A stretch of DNA of 64,000 nucleotides from Octopus vulgaris. Taxonomy: Eukaryota. Each line of letters opens with the position of its first letter. The stretch's first letter is position 1. Of the stretch, positions 13,495 through 25,975 are shown piece after piece. The translations under genes and the position numbers were made by a program. The notes below the pieces were generated by a model. It made no database searches. It was not told where the DNA came from and worked only from the letters and a program-made list of their open reading frames with translations. Where the stretch lies: NCBI GenBank assembly GCA_951406725.2, contig OX597815.1:169508001-169572000 (forward strand), given 5' to 3'.

Positions 13495-14034
13495 AATATA
13501 ATATAAATATATATGGGCAACAGACACAAACACACATACACACACGTACGTACGTACACCTATTGCATGTTTTGTGCACGCATACATGTTCATAAACAGA
13601 AATGAATGGAAAAAATGTTAAATTTGTAGATTAACACTCGCACGATTTTCACTAAAGTATATATACTATGATTATAAAATATAGTGTCTTTCAAAAACAA
13701 AAAAAACAAAACATTTTACATTTTATTTTTTATGAACGTCATAACTTACTCTCTCTGTCTCGCCCTCTCTCATTTTGTTTTTCCCGTGAAACTCTCTTTT
13801 TTGTTAGACGCCATCAAAAAAGTCAAGGCTGATATTTTTCGTGGCTAAAAGCTATGTCTGAAAATAGATATTTACGCTACCCACGGGTGCCTCGGGGAAA
13901 AAAATAAATTGACAAAACTCAGATAGGATGTTGACAAATGTCCTCCTAAAATTGGAGCGACATGCGTGCTAATTTATGGACGTGCATAAATTACAATCAC
14001 GTACGCACACACATCCTCCCTTTTATGGATATGA
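13311..14034 (-). mobile_element. Non-autonomous Helitron
   Basis: Minus 3' end cccgggcaaggccgggttatactgCTAG, the same terminus as the 8891 element. Confidence 0.65.
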
Positions 14035-15249
14035 TAAAATAGTTCTATTCTACAAAATCACTCTGGTTTGTGAAGCAATGGAAAAATATACATTACATCC
14101 ACATATTTAAACACAAAGACACCTACACACGCACACACACAATTCCTGACGTTTACGTACACACGTATGAGTATTCGTGGACGTTTGAAAGCCTGAGGCA
14201 TATTAAGATCCTGGTCAAGTTTTCTCATTTATTTTAATAGAAATCCTGGATAAGTTTATATAACAACGACCGGGCAGAACAATTGAAAGTATTTCACGGA
14301 ATATTTTGAACGGAAGATAAAAGTGGAGATGCATTTAGGATATAAAATTAGACAGCGAGAAATATAAATACATAGTGATTTAGGCATTATTTCACGTAGT
14401 ATAAAGTGTTGAAAACAAAAGAGAATCGAATCGCCAGTTTTGAAAAGGATTAACCTCTGTCATTTACATCTCTTCAAATTGTATCTATTCCAAGGTATTT
14501 ATCTATTGATGTGTAATCATGTTGCTAGCTATACGATAAGTTTCCACATATTGTTAAACGCTGTCAATATTGCTGATTTTATTTCCTTCAAGCTGGTATT
14601 TAGGTTAGAGGTGACTGAATTGTCTCTTGGCTTTCTCAAACACTAACAAACAGACTTTTAAGTATTGTGTGATTCTTGTGTCTGTTACACATCGAGTTAG
14701 ATCACCGATACTTGCTTATATTGTTTTTATTGTCTTCCGGCCATCGGAGGAAAACCTTTACGTCAGACATGGTCAACCTTTTGCGAGAAGAAGACGCCTG
14801 AGACATGACTCATCATCAGGCAAACCGCATAACTAAAACGTTCAAAGTAATTTTCGTTCGTTGTGTCATTTAGAAAGTCCCGCGGGCCGCAGTTTGCACA
14901 TAGCTGCTCTGCGTTTTCGATCGATTCGTTAGAAATAACAGCCAAAATTTCTCTCAGATCATACACTCACTTCTCCCACGTTCGACCGTCATACAAAAGG
15001 ACACATTCGATAATGTGTTGTTGGGTTTCGTGTATTTGGCGGCGGGCGTAGGGATGGATGAGTGCGGTTGCGGAGACGGATAAGACTATAGTTACGGCTG
15101 AAATGCACTTAATCATAGTTCTGCTCATCTGAGTCTACCCTGGGGCTAAACAACGACGATTATGACGACAACTATTGCAGATATTTGCCACCAAAACGAT
15201 TAAGGCAACCTCTTTATCAATCTCTTTTGAGGTTGATAAAAAATATTGG

Positions 15250-15545
15250 CTGTCTAGTAAGAAGTTTGCTCCTCAACAACATGGATCCGGGTTCAGTCCC
15301 AATGTGTGGCACCTTGGGCAAGTGTCTTCTATTATAGCCTCAGGCCGACCAAAGCCTTTTGAGTAGATTTGGTAGATGGAAGGGAAACTGAAAGAAGCCC
15401 ATCGTTTATATGTTTCTGTGTGTGTGTGTGTGTGTGTGTGCTTTTATGGTCTGTGTTTGTACCCCACCACCGCTTGACAACTAGTGTTGGTGTGTTTTTG
15501 CCCGCGTAACCTAGCGGTTCGGTATAAGAAGCCGATAGAATAAGT
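15250..15545 (+). mobile_element. SINE family A copy (truncated)
   Basis: Aligns by eye to 1005-1320. Confidence 0.8.
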
Positions 15546-16049
15546 ATCAGAATCGTTAGCACACCGGGCAAAATGCTTTGCGGCATTTCGTTCAGCTTTA
15601 CGTTCTGAGTTCAAATTCTGCTGAGGTCGGCTGTGGCTTTACATCCTTTGTGATGTCGATAAAATAAGTACCAGTTGAGAACTGGGGGATCGATGTAATC
15701 GGCTTTCCCCCTCCCCCGAACTTGCTGACCTTGTACCAATATTTGAAACCATCATTAAGATTCTTTGTTGCTCATGCCATAATCTGTTTACCACGACCAG
15801 TATTACTAACACTATCTTATTGACTCGAGGGTGGTGGTGGTGGTGGTGGTGGTGGAGTTGGCAATGAGGGGAGTCTCTAAGTGGTCGCTAGAAACAACAG
15901 CAATATCTACCTCAATAGGTAAATTGGGAACAGTGTAGTTCAAGGTATACTGTGGTCTTGAGAAAAAAGACGGGAATGTTTTTGATCATAGATTTACTTA
16001 ACCAGAACCTACTTAGGGAATGGGTGAGGTGAACAACAACTTTATATTA

Positions 16050-16051
16050 CC

Positions 16052-16111
<60 letters not shown>

Positions 16112-16575
16112 GCCATAACCTCTGCCATTAATATCCCAGCAGCCCCTCCTAACTGTGACCATCACCAACCACTACCACCACCCTCATGACCACTACCACA
16201 ATCATCATTACCACTATTACCACCACCATCATCACCTACCACTCTATCACACCGTCATCATTACCACCACCATCATCATCGTCGTCATTATCATCATCGC
16301 CGTCGTCACCATCATCTTCGTCCTCGTCATTGCCAATATCACTATCACACCACCATCGTCATCAACATTAACACTAACATCATCACCACCACCAATCATC
16401 TCTATCACACCATCGCCATCATCATTATCACCATCACGACCACCAACATCTTCATTACGACAGCCATCATCATTACTACCACCAATATCATCATGTCTAC
16501 CACCACCACCACCACCACCAGTATCATTACACCCACAATTACCAACATCATCTCCACCTACTACCAAAACCAAAC
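16050..16575. repeat. (TAC)n followed by a degenerate (CAC/CAT)n trinucleotide tract
   Basis: Directly visible; explains the His/Pro/Ser-rich ORFs in the track. Confidence 0.9.
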
Positions 16576-16922
16576 CAGTTAGAAATAGTAGTCAATTTTC
16601 CTCTCTCAAATCATACTGCTTTCACCGTTCGAAAAAAAAATTGGGCACATTGGATAATATGGTCAAGCCTCCCCCCCCCACACACACATATAGGAGAAAA
16701 AAAAACTAAATGGGATGATCATATCTGGAATACTTCTGATCATAAGACTGACTGGAGGCTAAACAACAGTAACAAAACAACAACAACACAACAACAACAA
16801 CAACAACAATCTAATGAGGGAGCCCCTATGTAACAGCTTGTCCCGGTATAAATAACACCTGAATCCTCCTTAGATTACTCCTTATCGTCTTAAGGAAATA
16901 GTGGAATGGAAACATTATATAC

Positions 16923-17082
16923 CAGCGGTTCTCAACTGCGGCTCACAGGGCCGCATGCAGTCCTTCTGGCGGTTCGATGGTCTTTTTCTAATTGACTTGT
17001 GTTTTATTTTTCTTGGTGTGACCCCTAAAAACTATCCAGGTTTTGGATCTGACCCGAATATTTAAAAGCTTGAGAACCACCG
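16923..17082 (+). mobile_element. hAT (Charlie-type) MITE
   Basis: TIRs cagcggttctcaa / ttgagaaccaccg; 8-bp TSD ttatatac / ttatatgc. Confidence 0.75.
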
Positions 17083-17182
17083 TTATATGCTATTGTCCTA
17101 TAATACTCGTAAAAATACGAGATAGTCACAGCTGGGACGCTTTGAGCTTAGGCCTGATCGATCAGAGTTAACCTTGAGCTAA

Positions 17183-17188
17183 ATAATG

Positions 17189-17263
<75 letters not shown>
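17183..17263. repeat. (TAA)n microsatellite
   Basis: Directly visible. Confidence 0.95.
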
Positions 17264-17264
<1 letters not shown>

Positions 17265-18528
17265 GAACAACAACAGCAACAACGTTATCAGTACTAACAC
17301 CCGTACAAATTACCCTCAGCCATCATAAACAACTACCTCAGGGTGTCTCTGAGAAATTCTATTAGTGGGGTACGAAGTTTGTTTCAAGCCCCTATGGCAG
17401 ACATTTTCTTGAGATCTCAGTAAATCCTGCTGCCAGAGTACGAGGGACCTCTTGCACTCTTCCTCTCATAGGTCCGGGACCACCAACGTAATTGCCTACC
17501 CACAATTCCTTCCGGTGCAGCACCAGTATTAATACTTGCCATCACTACTGCCATCAAGATTTATCAAATAATTGCAACATGTACATTTTCATGTAAATAT
17601 AAGTTTTCCTTATCTAAATTTGGCGTCACCTACATTTACTGGTGTAAACTAGATTAGTGTAATCTAGTTTAAACCAGCTGTGCATTGGGTGTGGCACCAT
17701 TTTTTCTTTCTTGGCTTTTGATATCAGACCATGTTTAATTGAAGCAAGATTTTTTCAGCTGGATGTTTTCCTAACACCGACCTCTCTATGTGGACAGTTA
17801 TTAAAACTAACACGTTAAAAAACTAATATAACTTCTATTTCAGGAATTCTGACTCAGCAATGGCATTACTTCTTCCTGCCTCTTCTGTAAGCTATACAAA
17901 TATTTAAAGAAAGATACCTACCCCTAAAAAAAAAAAAAAAATTCGGAATGAAACAAACAGAATAATTTTTTCTTCTAATTATTTTTTCCTTGGTGTTGAT
18001 CCAAGAATAAAGATGATTGAGAACCGAAATTGAACGAGTTGATAAAACGATGGCCTATCAGTTGAAAGGTCAACGGTTGGTATCATGTTCTTGGCACAGC
18101 TCTCTGAATTCCTGAGAAAGTCGCTTAACTTTCACTGATACGTTGTTTACCTTGGCGTACGTAAGCATCATATGCAGTCACAGCTTCCTGCTGCAAGCAT
18201 GAAGAGTACTGCACAGTCAACAAGTGCTTGGTTGACGTATTTAATTCATATCTAGCCATGAGTGTGTCATGTGGAGATCAAAGAATCGGTTCTGCCAGCT
18301 TGACTTACTTCATTGCCTTGAGTTATTTGACTAGCTCTCTGACTTAGTGACTTAGATTTTTGGGTTCTGTATAGTCGTAGCTGAGGATAAGCTCTCTCTG
18401 CTCAATAAAACGGTTCCATATGACGCGTGTAGATTGATCACCTCTACTCAGCACTGAATTAACCATTAAGCAGAATAAGCACGAGCTTAGGGTACCAAGG
18501 AAGTGGAGGTACCGCAGAAATTGTAAAT

Positions 18529-18722
18529 GGCGGCGAGCTGGCAGAAACGTTAGCACGCCGGGCGAAATGCTTACGCTGTGGTCGACTTTGCCTTTCATCC
18601 TTTCGGGGTCGATAAATTAAGTACCAGTTACTCACTGGGGTCGATGTAATCGACTTGATCCCTTTGTCTGTCCTTGTTTGTCCCCTCTATGTTTAGCCCC
18701 TTGTGGGCAATAAAGAAATAAG
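18529..18722 (+). mobile_element. SINE family B with TSD
   Basis: agaaattgtaaat duplicated on both sides. Confidence 0.85.
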
Positions 18723-19542
18723 AAATTGTAAATGGCTTACGGTGCAAAAGATATCAACCCCTTTAAACTTGCTGAAATAATATTGAAAGTGGAAATATAA
18801 TTTCTAAGTGTTCATGGTTTTATAATGAAGATTTGATCAAAGACTTTGCAATTAAAAAAAGTAGGAGAAAACTTTTCAAATATAAATAAAGTGGAAGTAT
18901 ACAAAAATAAGCATTATTGTCCATCTTATTGTTAGTTTTGTTTCATTTTTAAAAATAAAAAAAAACTTATGATTTATTGTTTTTTATTTTGAATTACATA
19001 TATATGGAGGCACCAAAATCTTTTAAGTAGCAAAGGCCTCTATGGATCTTAATCCGGCCTTGCCTCTACTGGACAGGTTATCTTACATGTGTCCTCATTG
19101 CAGTACTAGTATCACTAAGCTGGAAAATGTATGAAAACGAGTATTCATTCTTCTAATCATCCAAAATTTCTCAATGAGAATCCAGGATGTATCTGATTCA
19201 GAATTCAGTGACTGCTAGTTGCTCTAGCCTCTGGATCTTGTTAGTAAACACGTCCATACTGTTCATCGGCGGACACAGTCCACATACTCTCCGGTACTTA
19301 ATTGAAAACAAATATACCAAGCTAAAGATGATTAAAAACCAAAGTTGTACGAGTTGATAAAACGATGGCCTATCAGTTGAAAGGTCAACGGTTGGTATCA
19401 TGTTCTTGGCACAGCTCTCTGAGTTCCTGAGAAAGTCGCTTTAACTTTTACAGTGATACGTTGTTTACCTTGGCGTACGTAAGCATCATATGTAGTCACA
19501 GCTTCCTGCTGCAAGCATGAAGAGTACTGCTCAGTTCATTAC

Positions 19543-19870
19543 CAGTGGTTCTTAACCGGGTCCGTATAAGATTTTTTGGTTCCATGTAAACAGAATAGTA
19601 AATTGCGGACCCACAGTAGTTTATTAAGGGTCCATGAAAAAGTTTTGCTTTAGATGTCTTTATTACAAGAAACAGCCAGGTTTCTTTTGAAAACGTCTTA
19701 CAAAGTTCAACCTACACAAGTTAATGTGTGAAAAGCAAAATAGTTATTTTCAAAGACGAATCTATAACGTCTTAAAACATCGAACGGCTATTGGGTAGGG
19801 GGAAATAACCAGAATAGACTAGCAGGCAAAGAGGTCCACAGATAAAAAAAAAATGGTTGAGAACCACTAG
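19543..19870 (+). mobile_element. hAT MITE
   Basis: TIRs cagtggttcttaacc / ggttgagaaccacta. Confidence 0.65.
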
Positions 19871-20019
19871 TGTAAGACAATAATTTGGTAGCGAAAAGCA
19901 CTCACTCGATTACAATTCTCTTTGTTTAGCATAATGGAGCTTCATTATCATTGGCAGCTGTCTCGGACAAACACCTCTACCTCCAGAGAGACAGTTTCGA
20001 AGAGTATAAGGATCGTCAA

Positions 20020-20240
20020 GGCGGCGAGCTGACAGAAACGTTAGCACGCCGGGCGAAATGCGTAGCCGTATTTTGTCTGCCGTTACGTTCTGGGTTCAAA
20101 TTCGGCCGAGGTCGACTTTGCCTTTTATCCTTTCGGGGTCGATTAAATAAGTACCAGTTATGCACTGGGGTCGATGTAATCTGTTCGTCTGTCCTTGTTT
20201 GTCCCTTCTGTGTTTAGCCCCTTGTAGGTAGTAAAGAAAT
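20020..20240 (+). mobile_element. SINE family B with TSD
   Basis: tataaggatcgtc duplicated on both sides. Confidence 0.85.
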
Positions 20241-20319
20241 ATATAAGGATCGTCTAATAAACCCGAGTTTTCCATCCATCCATCCATGGAAATATTTGGC
20301 TTCATAGTTGTAGTGAAGG

Positions 20320-21020
20320 TGACCTGTTTAAGAAGTTGGATAATCTGTCTGGGAATTTGGGTAATTAAATCTGCATGCAAAAAGGAATTCTCATTTTGAG
20401 TAAAAGACAAATTGTATGATACGCTATGTTGCATAGCAATACTCTTGCTATGTTGCAAGAGTATTGAATGCAGATGTGTGAAACTGGAAAGAAAAGAATC
20501 GAATACGTTCCATTCGATGTCTACTGTTAGTGTGTACGATTGACGGAGAAGAAACGATCTGATAGAAAAATTGGGAATTAGGGAACAGAAGAAAGAAGTA
20601 GAAAGAAGACATGCACCCAACACCAGAGCTGAAGACACCTCCGAAAAGGGGGGCCCTGCCACGTCAAAACGGTAGAGGAGTAGGGGCCGAAACCGGACGT
20701 GGTTCCTTCTGATGATGTCTTGAGCTAACTGGATCCTATAAAGGAGCTGTTGTGGTAGCAGACCACGAAACACGGTTGAAATTTCTCTTGTGTGCAAGAA
20801 AGAGAGGAGACTGCGGTGGAACGGACATATGAGGACTGTAGAAAAGGACAATTGGGTAAAGAAGCACCAAGCAATCCAATGGAAGGATCCTGCAGAAGAG
20901 GAGGACCGCAAAAAGTATTGGAAAATGTAGTGAAATTAATCTGGAGAGACTCAATCTCACGAAAGCGATGCCAAAGAACTGCGGCGATTGGCAAGACTAG
21001 AGAAAACCCGTCTAACCAAT
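20320..21020 (+). mobile_element. RTE-clade LINE C-terminal relic with internal insertion
   Basis: Broken frames give VKDKLYD..., LERKE...VSVYD...LIEKLGIR, RRLRWNGHMR, EGSCRRGGP. Confidence 0.65.
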
Positions 21021-21243
21021 TCAAGCATAGAAATATGGACATAAAAATGGCTGATACTGTAATTGTTGACAATATCGATGATGATTATGTATATTTCGTC
21101 GACCTTTCTATAATTGGAATTCAGTTTTATAGAGCACCAATTTTCGAGAATATTTGGTTGCTATGGTATTTATTATAAGGCAGTGAATGTTACGGTCCAA
21201 ACAGCTACGCACTGGCTTGTTTTGTGAGTGTATGCAGGCATAA

Positions 21244-21287
<44 letters not shown>

Positions 21288-22039
21288 CTATACTTTTGTT
21301 TTATTAAATTGGATACAACGAGTCACATATGTTGTGTTAAGGATGAAAGCGCGTGTCTCTGTGTCGATGCTATGCATTATGTTATATTTGGTTACAGTAG
21401 GTTCCTTGTTTTGTTAAGTTCTCTATAACTTTGTATTCTAGAATATCTGAAATTATATTTGCTAGCTTATAGTAGCTGCAGCTGTTAATAATTGCTTGTT
21501 GGCTGATAAATGAGGTTCTAAATTAATCAAGACATCTTATCTAATTGCATGTATTTTCTATTATTGTCTCTTTATTTTTGTTAAGACTACACTGTTTTAA
21601 TAACTATCTAATTTAGCTGATTCTTTTTTTGTAGAAAATACAAATGCTTTGCTGTTTTGTTCAGAATTTCAACAATTTTGTGGTGCCAAAACATGAGTCG
21701 TTCGGATGGGACATCGCTCTTATCACCAGCAACATTTCCAGAGGATCTGCTATCTGTTTTTCACAGAGGGCGATTCACAACACAGCGAAATACCTGCAAC
21801 ATATTTGAATTCATTATCTTGTAAACCGGTACTGTATCGCCCCATCCACTTCGCCACTACACTATAGCAAGCGATGGAAATTGAATACGGTGTCCTTGCA
21901 AGTTGGTGTTTTGAATAACATTTATTAAATCTCATCCATGTTTTATTAACGTGTATTGTCTAGACGGCACTATGTAAGAAATGTAAACTTTTAAGCAGCA
22001 TTGGCGAACTGTCTGATGTTATTATTAATGAGCTACAGA

Positions 22040-23030
22040 AGGCGGCGAGCTGGCAGACACGTTAGCACGCCTGGCGAAATGCTTAGCGGCATTTCGTCTG
22101 CCGTTATGTTCTGAGTTCAAATTCCGCCGATGTCGACTTTGCCATTCATCCTTTCGGGGTCGATAAATTAAGTACCAGTTACGCACTGGATCGATATAAT
22201 CGACTTAATCCGTCTGTCCTCGTTTGTCCTCTCTGTGTTTAGCTCCTTGTGGATAGTAAAGAAATAGGTATTTCATCTGCCGCTACGTTCTGAGTTCAAA
22301 TTCCGCCGAGGTCGACTTTGCCTTTCATCCTTTCGGGGTCGATTAAATAAGTACCAGTTACGCACTGGGGTTGATATAATCGACTTAATCCGTTTTTCTG
22401 CCCTTGTTTGTCATTCCTGTGTTTAGCCCCTTGTGGGTAGGTATTTCGTCTGCCGCTACGTTCTGAGTTCAAATTCCGCTGAGATCGACTTTGCCTTTCA
22501 TCCTTTCGATATAATCGACTTAATCCGTTTGTCTGTCCCTGTTTGTCCCCTCTGTGTGTAGCCTCTTGTGGGCAATAAAGAAATAAGAATCGTTAGTGTG
22601 TTGAATAAAATGCTTAGTAGCATTTCTTCCAGCCCTTTACGTTCTGTGTTCAAATTCCGGCCAGGTTGAATTTGACTTTCATTCTTCCGGGGTCAATAAA
22701 ATAAGTACCAGTTGAACACCGGGATCAATGTAATCGACACACTTCCTCCCCTAAAATTAATGGTTTTGTTCCAAAATTTAAAACCATTATTAATAAGTAT
22801 TCCTAAGGTGGTGGATTGGTCGTCGTTAAAGCGCCCGAGGAGTAAAGAATCACGATTTCTTTTGATTCTTTATATTCTGATTTGATCCTACCGACGTCAA
22901 CCTTGCTTTTCATCCATTCGGAATCGATAAAATAAAATAAAATACCAGTCATGTACTGAGTTGATGTAATTGGTCAATGTCTCCCACGAAAATTACTGGC
23001 CTTGTACCTAAATTAGAAGCAATTATTAAT
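22040..23030 (+). mobile_element. Head-to-tail cluster of about five SINE family B units
   Basis: Repeated ttctgagttcaaattccgcc...gcctttcatcc blocks at about 22110, 22290, 22460, 22640 and 22875. Confidence 0.8.
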
Positions 23031-23354
23031 GAGTATTTTTACGTTTTTTTTATTTGGAGCGGGAATGGGAATTCTTTTTATCATCATAACTAACTTTGCC
23101 TCAGTCCATTTTGTTTTTACTGTTAGAGTTTTTAAATAATCGTGGTCAACTCAATACGAATAGATCTATAGTATAAGGGTAACTCGATTGTCACGTAGCA
23201 CCCCACATGCCCAGTAATTCAAATCCAACAAAGGAAGCTTCTACATGATCGACAGACCTTCAAAAGGTAGCAACTAACCCCACCTCTCTTAAATCACACT
23301 CTAAGAAAACATAGGACACATTGGTCAATTCTTTTGAGGTTGATAAAAAATATT

Positions 23355-23670
23355 GGCTGTGTAGTAAGAAGTTTGCTCCCCAACAGCATGGATCCGGGTT
23401 CAGTCCCAATGTGTGGCACCTTGGGCAAGTGTCTTCTATTATAGCCTCGGGCAGCCCAAAGCCTTTTGAGTAGATTTGGTAGATGGAACGGAAACTGAAA
23501 GAAGCCCATCGTTTATGTATGTGTGTGTGTATGTATGCCTTTGTGGTCTGTGTTTGTACCCCACCACCGCTTGACAACTGGTGTTAGTGTGTTTACACCC
23601 GCGTAACTCAGCGGTTCGGCAAAAGAGACCGATAGAATAAGCACCAGGCTTAAAAAAAGTAAAAGATAAA
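23355..23670 (+). mobile_element. SINE family A copy
   Basis: Aligns by eye to 1005-1320 and closely to the 15250 copy. Confidence 0.8.
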
Positions 23671-24166
23671 CGGTAAAATGTTTCTGAGCAAAGCCACTTA
23701 ACGCTTAACATTATATTTAATTAGCTGTAAATAGGCTTACTGCCCAAGATAACGAGTACGTTTTATAATTGGTTTGTGTTCCATTAGGCTTAAGTAATTA
23801 GCTCAAATCCTCCCATGGGCCCGAAGACGGTTCTAAGAATCTGTCAAGAGTGTCTTAAAAATGATGGATACACACTACCTAACACACACACACACACACA
23901 CACACAACATATATGAGAGAGAAAGTGAAAGAAAATGGAATTCATGAAACTGTTTATTATCCACTACGATCGTTTCAACCCATTGTGTATCGGTGCATCA
24001 TTGGTGATGTGTCTCATTAAGTGACTTCTCAAAAGGTACCTCGCTTTTTAATCTCCGTTTCGCTTATTTCGAGTAGAATACATATTGGTGATTGTCTGTT
24101 GCTACACGTATACACGAGAAACACGAGTTAAATTATCACGGTGGCATACTACAAGGTGTATACCCA

Positions 24167-24238
<72 letters not shown>

Positions 24239-24240
<2 letters not shown>

Positions 24241-24600
24241 TAGCACTATGACCTGGCGTTGCCGGGTCATAGTGCTAGTACATGCATATACAGCTGCGTG
24301 TGTGCGCACATACACGCGAGTACTGTCCAAATCTCCGACCAATCACATACAGCTAGCTGGCATTCAATTGGCGTATCAAGTTTCGAGCATTTTGATTGGG
24401 TTTTGGATAGAAAATTCACAAAAAAGTCACTTCTATTAATTTTTTTAATGGCTTTGCGGGGTGACTGGGGAAATGTAAAGATGTGCACGACCACCCTTGG
24501 ACGGTTTTGAATGACTATAGAAAGTGCGAGCCGTCTAACTGAAAAATTGTGGATTTGTATAAAGGATACACACGCAGACATTTTGCCATTTATATATATA
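24239..24600 (-). mobile_element. Non-autonomous Helitron with palindromic 3' end
   Basis: Minus strand starts tatatataaatggcaaaatgtctg and ends gacccggcaacgccaggtcatagtgCTAGt. Confidence 0.65.
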
Positions 24601-24813
24601 TATATACTATTAAATTAGTATCTAATTCTCTCACCCTTATTAATTAATTATAATTATGCTGCATTTATTTCTAAATGCTGTATTTGTTTTCCGTGAGAGT
24701 TTGGCGCGCTGTTGGTTGGGGCATTTGAATTATAACGTCCGATGTAATCAATTGAACCGCACGCGTATTTATCGTTATGGTAAAATCTGGCGTGTGATTG
24801 AGTGGATTTCATC

Positions 24814-24907
24814 CAGATAGTCTTGGCTGAAGAGCTACAAATGGATTATTGTAAGTAATATTACATTTAATTCATTAATAGCGAAACAATTGTCCGAAAA
24901 TAATCTG
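24814..24907 (+). ncRNA. Type I hammerhead ribozyme, copy 1 (stem I variant with G-G mismatch)
   Basis: cagatagtcttgg CTGAAGA gcta...tagc GAAA C aatt G TC cgaaaataatctg; predicted cleavage after C24894. Confidence 0.8.
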
Positions 24908-25347
24908 TATTTTTGTTATTTTTTATTTGCCCTGTCCGTGTGAGCTAACAGTCGTACCGGCTTTCATGGGAAACATGTATTTTTCGTGGTTGAAACCTTT
25001 TGGATTAACTGGTGCTAGAGTGATCAATATAGTGACCACTCTCTTATATTTATTTTGTGAAAATATTATAATATGTTATAAAATATTATAATAATCCAGG
25101 TTTCTCGTAGCACTAGGCCACTTGGTGTGGAATAAATATACTATTAAATTAGTATCTAATTCTCTCACCCTTATTAATTAATTATAATTATGCTGCATTT
25201 ATTTCTAAATGCTGTATTTGTTTTCCGTGAGAGTTTGGCGCGCTGTTGGTTGGGGCATTTGAATTATAACGTCCGATGTAATCAATTGAACCGCACGCGT
25301 ATTTATCGTTATGGTAAAATCTGGCGTGTGATTGAGTGGATTTCATC

Positions 25348-25441
25348 CAGATAGTCTTGGCTGAAGAGCTACAAATGGATTATTGTAAGTAATATTACAT
25401 TTAATTCATTAATAGCGAAACAATTGTCCGAAAATAATCTG
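25348..25441 (+). ncRNA. Type I hammerhead ribozyme, copy 2 (stem I variant with G-G mismatch)
   Basis: Same as copy 1; predicted cleavage after 25428. Confidence 0.8.
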
Positions 25442-25881
25442 TATTTTTGTTATTTTTTATTTGCCCTGTCCGTGTGAGCTAACAGTCGTACCGGCTTTCA
25501 TGGGAAACATGTATTTTTCGTGGTTGAAACCTTTTGGATTAACTGGTGCTAGAGTGATCAATATAGTGACCACTCTCTTATATTTATTTTGTGAAAATAT
25601 TATAATATGTTATAAAATATTATAATAATCCAGGTTTCTCGTAGCACTAGGCCACTTGGTGTGGAATAAATATACTATTAAATTAGTATCTAATTCTCTC
25701 ACCCTTATTAATTAATTATAATTATGCTGCATTTATTTCTAAATGCTGTATTTGTTTTCCGTGAGAGTTTGGCGCGCTGTTGGTTGGGGCATTTGAATTA
25801 TAACGTCCGATGTAATCAATTGAACCGCACGCGTATTTATCGTTATGGTAAAATCTGGCGTGTGATTGAGTGGATTTCATC

Positions 25882-25975
25882 CAGATAGTCTTGGCTGAAG
25901 AGCTACAAATGGATTATTGTAAGTAATATTACATTTAATTCATTAATAGCGAAACAATTGTCCCAAAATAATCTG
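25882..25975 (+). ncRNA. Type I hammerhead ribozyme, copy 3 (intact stem I)
   Basis: Core as copy 1. The 3' strand ccaaaataatctg pairs with cagatagtcttgg at 11 of 13 positions; predicted cleavage after 25962. Confidence 0.88.

Noticed and set aside
16155-16709. His/Pro/Ser-rich ORF with a hydrophobic stretch
   Set aside because: Degenerate CAC/CAT trinucleotide repeat running into a dispersed repeat.
20096-20911. 271-aa ORF, the longest in the track
   Set aside because: Antisense to a decayed RTE LINE and a SINE; no recognisable protein.
24805-24816. Second, minus-strand hammerhead in the unit (CTGGATGAAA), which would make it ambisense or viroid-like
   Set aside because: The core has an extra base, and I could not find a stem II, GAAA or stem III consistent with it.
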